From Dehalococcoidia bacterium (GTDB lineage Bacteria > Chloroflexota > Dehalococcoidia > Lucifugimonadales > UBA1123): 64,000 nucleotides of DNA. Position 1 is the stretch's first letter. Each line of letters starts with the position of its first letter. Shown one piece after another: positions 55,696 to 64,000 of this stretch. The notes under the pieces are model-generated. The model saw nothing but the letters and a program-made list of their open reading frames with translations. It was not told the DNA's origin and searched no databases. Position numbers and translations under genes: made by a program. Location: assembly GCA_965217725.1 (NCBI GenBank), contig OZ244564.1, positions 2,691,371 to 2,755,370 of the forward strand, written 5' to 3'.

Positions 55696-58599
55696 CTACA
55701 GCCCCTCCGCCAGCACCTCCACCAGATGCCTGGCCTGCTTCCCGGTGCCCTGGGCGATCTGCTGACGACAGGAGATCCCCTCTGCGACGACTGTGAACTC
55801 GCCCGGCTGCTCGCGGATCGCCGGGAACAGCGTCATCTCACCGATCCGCATCGAGATGTCGTAGTGCTCGGTCTCGTACCCGAAGCTGCCCGCCATGCCG
55901 CAGCACCCCGACCTGATCTCTGTAGCCTCCACGCCGTCCAACGAGTTGAGCAGGCCCATAGCCGCGCCCGTTCCGACTAGCGCCTTCTGGTGGCAGTGTC
56001 CCTGGAACAGTATCCTGCCCGGCAGCTTCGAGGCGTCCAGGTCGAGAGTCGCGCCCTGCTCCAGCGCGTGGGCGACGAACTCCTCGACTAGCATCGTGTT
56101 CTCCGCGATGGAGTTCGCTTTGCTGACGTCGACGCCGTTGAGGTCAGTGTAGTCGTCGGCGAAGCTGAGGATGCAGCTCGGCTCGATTCCCACCAGCTTG
56201 GCGCCGGCCTCAACGTAGCCGTGCACCTGCTCCACGTTGTAGCGGGCGTTCTCGCGCGCCTTGTCCATCATCCCCTTGGACAGCATCGGACGTCCGCAGC
56301 ACCTGACCTTTGGCACGACCACCTGGTAGCCAAGCGCCTCCAAGACCTTGACGGCGGCGCGTCCGAGCTCGGGGTGGTTGTAGTTGGTGAACGTGTCCGG
56401 GAACAGCACGACCTGCCCGAGCTTCGTGGCTGATGCGGGCGACCCGCCGCGCGCCCTGAACCACTGCTCGAACGTCTGGCTGGCGAACGGGGGAAGCTCG
56501 CGGCGGCTGTCGATGCCCAAGTTGGTCTCTATCATCCGGCGCGTCAGGCCCAGACTGTTCACCCAATTCGACATAGGGGCGAAGAATGCTCCTATTTTGC
56601 TGAACGTGGCGATGTTGCCGAAGAACTGGTTACGCACCGGGTAGCCGTTGGCCTTGTGGTACTGGTTTAGGAACTCGTACTTGAGCTTCGCCATGTCCAC
56701 GTTGGACGGGCACTCCGCGGCGCAGCCCTTGCACTCAAGACACAGGTCCAGCACGTCGTACAGGCGCTTGTCGGTCATTGCCGACGCGGGAAGCGCCCCT
56801 GACATCGCCGACCGGAGCGCGTTGGCCCGGCCGCGTGTCGAGTGCTCCTCCTCCCGCGTGACCATGTATGAGGGACACATCGTCCCGCCAAGCACCTTGC
56901 GACATGCGCCCTGTCCGTTGCACATCTCTATGCCGTGGGCGAAGCTCCCCTCCTGGCGGAACGCGAAGCCGGTGATCGGCTCCAGCGGCTTGTATTCGGG
57001 GCCGATGCGCAGGTTCTCGGTCATCGGCTGGGCATCCACGATCTTGCCGGGATTCATGATCCCGTTCGGGTCGAATGCTTGCTTCACGTCCCGGAAGGCG
57101 TTGTAGAGTTGGTCTCCGAACATCTTGCGATTGAACCAGCTTCGCACGAGGCCGTCCCCGTGCTCGCCGCTCATGGAGCCGCCATACTCCATCACCAGGT
57201 CGCCAACCTCCTCGGCAATGGAGACCATTCGGTCCACGCCCTCCTGGTCCTTCAGGTTGATTAGAGGACGAATGTGGAGACATCCGACGCTGGCGTGGCC
57301 GTAGTATCCCGCCTCCGTGCCGTTGGACGTCACGATGTCGTCGAACTTCCGCACGAAGTCCGGCAGGTGTTCCGGGGCTACGGCGCAGTCCTCCACGAAC
57401 GGCAGGGGCTTCGCGTCCCCAGGTACGTTCATCATGAGGCCAAGGCCCGCCTTTCGCACGTCCCACACCTTCTCCTGGTCGGCCGGACTCATCAGCTTGA
57501 GGAATGTGTAGCCCAGGTTGCGGCTGGCGAGAGTGTCGCCGAGGTGGTCCATCCTGGACCTGACCTCGTCCTCGGTGTCTCCGGCGATCTCGATAGCCAG
57601 TAGCGCCTCCGGATCGCCCTCGATGAAGTCGGTGATTCGCGCATAGGCCAGGTTGGACTTGGCCTGTCGAATTATCATGGACCCGATCAGCTCGACCGCC
57701 GCGGGCTGAAGCTCGAGCGCCGTAACCGTGGCCTCCATTGATTCGATCAGGTCGTCGCAGTGGAGGACGCCGAGGCCCGTGACTTTCGGCCTGTCCACCA
57801 GCTTGAGCTTCGCCTCGGTGATCGTCAGGAGGGTACCTTCGGACCCGACGACGAACCTGGCCATGTTGAAGCCCATCCCGCCCACGAATTCATCCAGGTT
57901 GTAGCCGGAAACTCGCCTCTGGATTTTGGGATAGCGCGCGATGATCTCTTCCCTGTTGGCCTCTCCGATCTCGAACAGCCTGCGGTGGATGTCTCCTTCG
58001 AGACCGTCCGACCTCATAATAGACTCGAGCTGAGCGCCGTCGAGCGCGCCGAGCCTGAACGGTCGTCCATTGGACAGCACCACATCGAGCTCGTGGACAT
58101 TGTCGACAGTCTTGCCCCACATGATGGAGTGAGCGCCGCACGAGTTGTTGCCGAGCGCGCCGCCAATGTTGCCCCGGTTGGACGTGGAGGGATCGGGCGC
58201 GAACAACAACCCGCTGTCGCGAATCTGGTGGTTTAGCACGTCCAGCACGATGCCCGGCTGGGTGCGCACCCACTTCTCCTCCTGGTTCAGCTCGACCACG
58301 CTGTTCATGTACTTCGAGAAGTCCATGACGATAGAGTGCCCCACTGTTTGTCCGCCCAGGCTCGTTCCGCCGCCCCTCGGCAGCACGGACACCCCGTACT
58401 TGCTGGCCGTCTCCACCACGGCGATGACGTCCTCCGCGTTCCTGGGCAGGACGACCCCCACAGGCTCGATCTGGTAGATGCTCGCGTCCGTGGAGTACAG
58501 GAGGCGGCTCATCTTGTCGAATCGCACTTCGCCCGACACCAGCCTGCTGAGGTCGTGGACCATCTCCCTGGTATCCGACTCTGTCACCTGCGTTGCCAT
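55696..58599 (-). CDS. fused FAD-linked oxidase / Fe-S (CCG-domain) oxidoreductase (GlcD-GlcF/GlpC-like)
   Basis: 967 aa: FAD-binding PRGGGTSLGGQ, DPNGIMNPGK, ferredoxin-type CLECKGCAAECP, and C-terminal Cys-rich CCG repeats (CCGRP, CCGMAG). Confidence 0.9.
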   Translation of the reverse strand: MATQVTESDTREMVHDLSRLVSGEVRFDKMSRLLYSTDASIYQIEPVGVVLPRNAEDVIAVVETASKYGVSVLPRGGGTSLGGQTVGHSIVMDFSKYMNSVVELNQEEKWVRTQPGIVLDVLNHQIRDSGLLFAPDPSTSNRGNIGGALGNNSCGAHSIMWGKTVDNVHELDVVLSNGRPFRLGALDGAQLESIMRSDGLEGDIHRRLFEIGEANREEIIARYPKIQRRVSGYNLDEFVGGMGFNMARFVVGSEGTLLTITEAKLKLVDRPKVTGLGVLHCDDLIESMEATVTALELQPAAVELIGSMIIRQAKSNLAYARITDFIEGDPEALLAIEIAGDTEDEVRSRMDHLGDTLASRNLGYTFLKLMSPADQEKVWDVRKAGLGLMMNVPGDAKPLPFVEDCAVAPEHLPDFVRKFDDIVTSNGTEAGYYGHASVGCLHIRPLINLKDQEGVDRMVSIAEEVGDLVMEYGGSMSGEHGDGLVRSWFNRKMFGDQLYNAFRDVKQAFDPNGIMNPGKIVDAQPMTENLRIGPEYKPLEPITGFAFRQEGSFAHGIEMCNGQGACRKVLGGTMCPSYMVTREEEHSTRGRANALRSAMSGALPASAMTDKRLYDVLDLCLECKGCAAECPSNVDMAKLKYEFLNQYHKANGYPVRNQFFGNIATFSKIGAFFAPMSNWVNSLGLTRRMIETNLGIDSRRELPPFASQTFEQWFRARGGSPASATKLGQVVLFPDTFTNYNHPELGRAAVKVLEALGYQVVVPKVRCCGRPMLSKGMMDKARENARYNVEQVHGYVEAGAKLVGIEPSCILSFADDYTDLNGVDVSKANSIAENTMLVEEFVAHALEQGATLDLDASKLPGRILFQGHCHQKALVGTGAAMGLLNSLDGVEATEIRSGCCGMAGSFGYETEHYDISMRIGEMTLFPAIREQPGEFTVVAEGISCRQQIAQGTGKQARHLVEVLAEGL

Positions 58600-58886
58600 T
58601 TGCGCTTCCTCTATTGTGGGGTCCTGGGCCCTGGATCGCAGTAGCTGGCCTCGTAGCTAGTCGGATCAAGCCCACAGTCAAGTATGATACACGAATGCCC
58701 GGAGACGTCGTCATTTCAGGGCCCACCGCGTATCTGTGCCAGTTTAGTATGCGTAGGGGCAACCCTTGTGGTTGCCCAGTTTAGTCACAAGAGCTTGGGT
58801 GTCCACAAGGGACACCCCTACACGAAACCACCTACAGGCTCACCCACCGCTGGCTGTCTGCAAAACCCGAAGCGCCGGAAAGTGAA

Positions 58887-58909
58887 GAGGGCTGCCGATG
58901 GCAGCCCTC
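58887..58909 (-). terminator. rho-independent terminator-like hairpin downstream of greA
   Basis: 10-bp stem GAGGGCTGCC/GGCAGCCCTC with a 3-nt loop, followed on the minus strand by TTCACTTTCC. Confidence 0.5.
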
Positions 58910-58934
58910 CGTTGGTTCGATTGTGTGAAGCGGG

Positions 58935-59792
58935 TCAGGAAATGCCGAGTATCTTGTACTTCATCTCCCCGCGCGGTGTCTGAACGTCTACCTCGTGACC
59001 CACAGCCCTGCCCAATAGCGCCTTGCCCAGTGGGGAAACGTTGGAAATCTTCTCAGGGGGCTTGACCTCTGACGCACTCACTACGGTGTAGTCGGCAGGC
59101 TGTGACGACCTGCGCCCCTCTGACATGTCCAGCACCGACACGACGACTCCGAGTTTGACCACCCGCGACCTTGCTGCTGCAGCGGCGTCCACGACCACGG
59201 AGTTGTTGAGCGTCTGTTCGATCTCGCTTATCCGCCCCTCGACTCGTCCCGCGTCCTCTCTGGCAGCTTCCAGGGGCGCGTTCTCACGGACATCCTTGTC
59301 AGCGGCAGCTAAGCGAATCGCATCCGAAAGTTCAGGGCGCCGGGCCTTGAGGTTCTCGAGCTCGTTGACGAGCTCCTCATGGCCTTCAGCAGTCAACTGG
59401 ATCCGGGTGTCCTCTTGGAGCCCTCCCCCAAGTCGCGGCCTCGCCCTGCGTACTCGGACATGCTGGGCCAGTTTTCGCTCGATGATCTGTTCTTTGTGCG
59501 CGAAAGACAGAAACTGCCTCACCGCCTGGAGCCTCTCGGGAGCCTGTGGAGTCGAACCTGACCCTATGACCCTCTCAACGTAGTCCCCAATCATAGAAGG
59601 AGTTACGTCGCCCATTACCTTCTGGGGCCCGCACCATTGAACGAATCGCTGAAGTTCTCTGCTTGTCTCAGTCTTGTCACCCTTCATCGTCATGACGTGC
59701 TTCGAGACATACTGCCCGAACGCCTGGATGAGGGTAGTGTGTCCATTTGGCGCCAATGGCCCGTCACCCCCCTGACACAAGATCACAAGCAA
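58935..59792 (-). CDS. greA: GreA-family transcription elongation factor with N-terminal extension
   Basis: The C-terminal ~155 aa match GreA: LTAEGHEELVNELENLK coiled coil, VRENAPLEAARE tip, and NVSPLGKALLGRAVGHEVDVQTPRG globular domain. The start is uncertain (59792, or ATG at 59693). Either way about 100-130 extra N-terminal residues. Confidence 0.8.
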   Translation of the reverse strand: MLVILCQGGDGPLAPNGHTTLIQAFGQYVSKHVMTMKGDKTETSRELQRFVQWCGPQKVMGDVTPSMIGDYVERVIGSGSTPQAPERLQAVRQFLSFAHKEQIIERKLAQHVRVRRARPRLGGGLQEDTRIQLTAEGHEELVNELENLKARRPELSDAIRLAAADKDVRENAPLEAAREDAGRVEGRISEIEQTLNNSVVVDAAAAARSRVVKLGVVVSVLDMSEGRRSSQPADYTVVSASEVKPPEKISNVSPLGKALLGRAVGHEVDVQTPRGEMKYKILGIS

Positions 59793-59864
59793 ATACTACG
59801 TAAAACGAAAAGGCGCTGTCAAACAGCGCCGATTCGTTTCAGACTTCCTTGGCTTAAGCATAGA

Positions 59865-60320
59865 TTATACGATAACGGACTCCATGTTCAGTCCATGCTC
59901 CTGCTTCCTGAATCCCAGGTTAATGAACGTCTCCATCTTACGCACACCCGGGATCTTTCCGACTCCGTGTCTGAGGAATTCGCTGAGCTCTGTCGAGGAC
60001 TTCAGCGTCGCCCAGACGAATATGTCAAAGGACCCGGTCGTAACCGAGACCCATGAGACTGACGACATGTCAGCCAGCGCATCCGCCACGGAATCTACCT
60101 TGTCGGCATCTACTTGGATGCCGACAAGCACTTGGGACTCATACCCGATCTTGCGGGCATCGGGTATGGCAACTACTTTGATGTAGTTGTCCTGCATGAG
60201 TCTCTTGAGCCTACGTCTCACTGTTTCTTCGCTCACCCCCACCTTTCGGGCTATCCCCGCATTGGTAGACGTCCCGTCCTTCTGGAGATGAGCGACAATT
60301 CGTACGTCGAGTCTATCCAT
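59865..60320 (-). CDS. Lrp/AsnC family transcriptional regulator
   Basis: LDVRIVAHLQKDGTSTNAGIARKVGVSEETVRRRLKRL HTH followed by a RAM/ACT-like domain. ATG at 60320. Confidence 0.9.
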   Translation of the reverse strand: MDRLDVRIVAHLQKDGTSTNAGIARKVGVSEETVRRRLKRLMQDNYIKVVAIPDARKIGYESQVLVGIQVDADKVDSVADALADMSSVSWVSVTTGSFDIFVWATLKSSTELSEFLRHGVGKIPGVRKMETFINLGFRKQEHGLNMESVIV

Positions 60321-60629
60321 CGTGAAAATCTCCTCTATAGACTGTTTCGCCCACATTGTTGCCAAAAAGGATGTTTAGTGTAAGCAGGACAGTAATCTGC
60401 AACGGTTGACGCAATTATGCTGGCAGGCCAGTACAGGACTGTGAAGCTGCACACCTTTTGATTCTAGCATGGTTTAAGACGCAGTGAATGCCTAGATACC
60501 TGTGGAAATGCACCCAGACCCTGTGACTCTACGACCCAGCTGCAATGGGCCTGCGTTTCGATTGACCGGCCATTTCGCCACTGCTAAACTCGCCTCCACG
60601 CTGGAGTACAAACCTGAACGGAGTATCGA

Positions 60630-60917
60630 ATGATAGGTGTATTGACACACCACTGGGCGAAACCCGATCTCGTCGCGTCTGCTCGCACGCTTCTCGATGG
60701 CAACGGCGAAGCCCAAAGCAGACATCCCGGATTCGTGAGCAGGACGACGCTGATCTCCCGGTCCGACCCCACGAAGATTACCACGCTGGTCATGTGGGAG
60801 AGCAACGCGATATACGACTCGTGGCGTGCAAGTCCGGCCAGGGTAGAGACTATGGCTGGCGCGGACGACCTGTGGTCTCAGCCTGCGGAGTCGGAGCGAT
60901 TTGACGCAGTCGATTAG
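60630..60917 (+). CDS. antibiotic-biosynthesis-monooxygenase (ABM) domain protein
   Basis: 95-aa ferredoxin-like pattern: GFVSRTTLISRSDPTKITTLVMWESNAIYDSW. Confidence 0.65.
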   Translation: MIGVLTHHWAKPDLVASARTLLDGNGEAQSRHPGFVSRTTLISRSDPTKITTLVMWESNAIYDSWRASPARVETMAGADDLWSQPAESERFDAVD

Positions 60918-60931
60918 GGAGTCGATTTCAG

Positions 60932-61756
60932 GTGGAACAGTTTGAAGGTTATCGGCCGGGAATGGCAGCTCTGCGCGGACTGGAGTTCAGTTACCTGGAG
61001 TGGGGCGAACCTGGCTCCCCTCCAATGGTTCTGCTCCACGGGTTGACCGGACACGCCCATACGTGGGACATCTTCGCCAACTCGCTGAAGGGCAAGTATC
61101 ACATTTTCTCCCTGGACCAGCGGGGCCATGGCGACACCGGCTGGCCGCACCCGCCTCGGTACGACACCGAGCACTTCGTGGAAGACATTCGGGCGCTCGC
61201 CTGCCATTGGGGTATAGGCCGATTTGTCCTGATCGGACTGTCCATGGGAGCTCACAATTCGCTTGCACTCGCGAGCCGCTATCCAGAGATGGTCGAGAAG
61301 CTGGTGCCCGTGGACATAGGCCCGACACTGACCAGCCTCCACGAACCGGACGTGAAGGCCAGGCTGGAACGACTTTACCTGGAGTTCGAAACGATCGAGG
61401 AAGCGTTCGCCGAAGCCATAGAGTCCAACCCGATCGCACCCCCGGAGATCATCAGACACCGCGTCCGACACAGCCTCAAGCACACTGATGACGGCCGGTG
61501 GACCCCAAAGCACACAATGGATGTCGCTCTGTACTGGAAGCCGGAAGACCTCACAGAGGCGATCGCGGCGATTCGGTGTCCGACGCTGATAGTGAGAGGC
61601 GGCGTAAGTGATGTGCTCTCTGCGGAAGTTGCTGAGTCCATGACGGCAGCCATTCCAGACTGCACGCTGGTCACAATTGAAGGCTCCGGGCACTCGGTGC
61701 CCCAGGACAAGCCAGCCAAGTTCGAAGCGGCTGTGCGGAAGTTCCTGGCGTCATGA
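60932..61756 (+). CDS. alpha/beta hydrolase
   Basis: LLHGLTGH, the GLSMGA nucleophile elbow, and a C-terminal GSGHSVPQD His. ATG at 60962 is an alternative start. Confidence 0.85.
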   Translation: MEQFEGYRPGMAALRGLEFSYLEWGEPGSPPMVLLHGLTGHAHTWDIFANSLKGKYHIFSLDQRGHGDTGWPHPPRYDTEHFVEDIRALACHWGIGRFVLIGLSMGAHNSLALASRYPEMVEKLVPVDIGPTLTSLHEPDVKARLERLYLEFETIEEAFAEAIESNPIAPPEIIRHRVRHSLKHTDDGRWTPKHTMDVALYWKPEDLTEAIAAIRCPTLIVRGGVSDVLSAEVAESMTAAIPDCTLVTIEGSGHSVPQDKPAKFEAAVRKFLAS

Positions 61757-63309
61757 AGTACGATTACGTCATCGTGGGCGCCGGCTCTGCGGGCGCGGTG
61801 CTCGCCGCCCGGCTCACGGAAGATCCGGACAAGTCCGTACTGCTGATAGAGGCGGGGCCGGACTACCCCACACTAGACGACCTGCCTCCTGACGTCAGGT
61901 ACGGGTACGGTCACGGCGTTACGGCGAGGGAGAACCTTGCCAGCGATCATCGCTGGCACTTCGTCGCCAAGGCATCCGACCGTGGACTGCCGATGATCGT
62001 TCCTCGCGGCAAGACCACCGGAGGGTCGTCAGCCGTCAACGCCCAGATATTCCTTCGCGGGGTGCCAGAGGACTACGACGACTGGGCATCATGGGGCAAC
62101 GAGGAGTGGGGATTCGAGAAACTCCTGCCGTACTTCCGCAGGATAGAGACGGACACCGACTTCTCAGACGACTTCCACGGCGTAGATGGGCCGATCATCG
62201 TCAGAAGGTACGGCTCCGAAGACATGCTGCCTGATCAGACCGCCTGGTATCAGGCGTGCAGGGAGTATGGCTTCGCGGACTGTCCGGACCACAACGACCC
62301 CGACTCGACCGGAGTCGGTCCCTGCCCATTCAACAACCCAAACCGGATACGCTGGAGCACTGCTCTGGGCTACCTGAATCCGGCGCGCGATCGGCCGAAT
62401 CTGACGATTATGTCCGACGCGCTCGCACACCGCGTCGTGTTCGACGGCAACAGGGCGGTCGGCGTGGAAGTTGAAGCTGATGGAGAGGTTCGGACTGTCC
62501 TGGGAGACGAGATCATCCTGTCCGCCGGCGCCATCGGCTCTCCACACCTGCTGATGCTGTCCGGCGTTGGATCTGCCGGGCATCTTGCCGAGTTCGGTGT
62601 CCCTGTGGTCAGCGACGCGCCGGGAGTGGGCCAGAACCTGCGCGACCATCCGCAGGTCCAACTCGTATGGCGTACCGTTCCGGGCTACGAGCACGACAAG
62701 GTCGGTCCAGGCATCCAGTTCGTTCTGAGGTACACTTCCACCGGCTCGTCGCTCAGAAACGACATGCTCATACACCCGATCTCTCGCGCTTCCGAAAACA
62801 AGATCTACACCGACTGGGATAGGGAGCCGATAGGGATTGGGATGATCGCCGCCATCTACCTGGCCGAGGCCGCCGGCGAGATGAGGCTGCGCGACACCAA
62901 TCCACGCATTCAGCCGTTCCTGGACTACAACCTGCTCTCCTCCAAGTTCGACATGGACCGCATGAGAGAGTCCGTCCATGTCTGTATGGACATTGCCAAC
63001 CAGGGCCCAATGGCGCAGCTAATCGAAGGCTTGGTGGACCCCTCCGAGACCGACCTCGCATCCGACGATGCGCTCGACGACTGGATGCTAAAGAACGTCC
63101 GCACGAGCCACCACATCTCCGGGACGTGCAAGATGGGCCCCGATTCCGATCGCATGGCCGTCGTGGACCAGCGCGGACGAGTTTACGGACTCGAAGGGCT
63201 GAGAGTGGCCGACGCATCCATAATGCCAGACTGCATACGCGCCAACACCAATGCCACCTCGATCATGATCGGCGAACGTGTCGCCGACTTCATCATTGAG
63301 GACATCTGA
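61753..63309 (+). CDS. GMC family oxidoreductase (choline-dehydrogenase-like)
   Basis: YDYVIVGAGSAGAVLAARLTED, GKTTGGSSAVNA, and the C-terminal HHISGTCKMG active-site His region. ATGA overlap with the upstream gene. Confidence 0.9.
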   Translation: MKYDYVIVGAGSAGAVLAARLTEDPDKSVLLIEAGPDYPTLDDLPPDVRYGYGHGVTARENLASDHRWHFVAKASDRGLPMIVPRGKTTGGSSAVNAQIFLRGVPEDYDDWASWGNEEWGFEKLLPYFRRIETDTDFSDDFHGVDGPIIVRRYGSEDMLPDQTAWYQACREYGFADCPDHNDPDSTGVGPCPFNNPNRIRWSTALGYLNPARDRPNLTIMSDALAHRVVFDGNRAVGVEVEADGEVRTVLGDEIILSAGAIGSPHLLMLSGVGSAGHLAEFGVPVVSDAPGVGQNLRDHPQVQLVWRTVPGYEHDKVGPGIQFVLRYTSTGSSLRNDMLIHPISRASENKIYTDWDREPIGIGMIAAIYLAEAAGEMRLRDTNPRIQPFLDYNLLSSKFDMDRMRESVHVCMDIANQGPMAQLIEGLVDPSETDLASDDALDDWMLKNVRTSHHISGTCKMGPDSDRMAVVDQRGRVYGLEGLRVADASIMPDCIRANTNATSIMIGERVADFIIEDI

Positions 63310-63322
63310 GCCACCCTCACCG

Positions 63323-63517
63323 ATGACTGCTGAGACATGCCTGCCCACCACCGCATGGTTCCTGTACGACGAGAGCGGCACCCCACTCGGACAGGTGCAC
63401 CGTCCTCAGTTTCCAGAGGTGGGCGTACGCATCGAAGCCGGCAAGGTCACGGCATTCGAAGAGCTCCACCCCACCTGCTCCATGCGCCGCTTCAGGGTGG
63501 TGGTTAGGACGGGGTGA
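63323..63517 (+). CDS. small hypothetical protein
   Basis: 64-aa ORF from ATG at 63323, between the GMC gene and the DUF262 gene. No recognisable motif, and coding status is uncertain. Confidence 0.2.
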   Translation: MTAETCLPTTAWFLYDESGTPLGQVHRPQFPEVGVRIEAGKVTAFEELHPTCSMRRFRVVVRTG

Positions 63518-63569
63518 CTGCTGGGGATGGCATCGAAAATATCAACACTATTTGGTTGAGGAGTGCTTA

Positions 63570-64000
63570 ATGGACAATGTCATATCCCTTGACGACCTTT
63601 TCCACAAGCGAGTGTTCAGGGTTCCCGACTATCAGCGTGGCTACTCTTGGGAATACCAGCAAGTCCAAGAATTCCTCGAAGACCTAGAACTGCTTGGGGC
63701 TGGACGCTACCACTATACAGGTACTGTCGTTCTCCATGAGTCACATTCCGGTCCGACTTGGATGGACGAGGATGGCAACGCCTACGTTCCCGTCGATATA
63801 GTCGACGGACAGCAGCGGCTAACGACCATCGTTTTGCTGCTTAATGGAATCCGCAGATCACTCGATGGCCTTTCTGTGAAGGTTCAGCCACTCTCGCGTG
63901 GAATCAAGAAGAATTACATTGCCGCCCAAGGGGAAAGCGGACAACCACTCTTCAAGCTGTCTCTAAACGAGGATACCGACCATTTCTTCAAGTCAAGTAT
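63570..64000 (+). CDS. DUF262 (GmrSD N-terminal, ParB-like) domain protein, 5' part; runs off the right edge
   Basis: ATG at 63570 with a GAGGAG SD. FRVPDYQRGYSW and IVDGQQRLTTIVLLL are the DUF262 signature motifs. Visibly lower GC than the flanking core genes. Confidence 0.8.
   Translation, partial: MDNVISLDDLFHKRVFRVPDYQRGYSWEYQQVQEFLEDLELLGAGRYHYTGTVVLHESHSGPTWMDEDGNAYVPVDIVDGQQRLTTIVLLLNGIRRSLDGLSVKVQPLSRGIKKNYIAAQGESGQPLFKLSLNEDTDHFFKSS

Overview
G+C-rich (about 60% by eye) bacterial chromosomal segment, densely coding and mostly operonic. Core genes: rpsF-ssb-rpsR, hom, pth, rnhA, moaC and greA. There is a large catabolic complement: four family-III CaiB/BaiF CoA-transferase modules (one gene is an 809-aa tandem fusion), three acyl-CoA-dehydrogenase-family genes, thiolase plus DUF35, a crotonase, SDRs, GMC and FAD-linked oxidases, M19 and S9 peptidases, an agmatinase-family enzyme, a GS-like ligase and a desaturase. 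With the PAC2 and F420-type PPOX genes, this profile resembles marine Chloroflexota (SAR202-like) or Actinomycetota; that placement is inference only. Accessory content: (1) four type II toxin-antitoxin pairs, three VapC/PIN and one RelE/ParE; (2) two IS elements, one a frameshifted IS701-like copy and one an intact IS4/IS701-like copy with 17-bp IRs and a 9-bp TSD inside a REP palindrome; (3) two REP/MITE-like repeat families; (4) a small island at 51.46-55.7 kb carrying a translationally coupled retropepsin-like protease pair and a solitary single-chain Type IIG-like R-M enzyme, bracketed by a decayed copy of a neighbouring gene's 3' end; (5) a visibly lower-GC islet at 22.5-24.5 kb with a RecB-like PD-(D/E)xK fusion protein plus a ParE-type TA; (6) the start of a DUF262 (GmrSD-type) gene at the right edge. 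The best-supported single-gene finding is an ArsC/Spx/YffB-family gene with an in-frame TGA at the catalytic Cys position followed by a SECIS-like hairpin, a candidate selenoprotein that the ORF track truncates. No rRNA, no confident tRNA and no CRISPR array were seen. All family assignments come from reading motifs by eye, and no database was searched.
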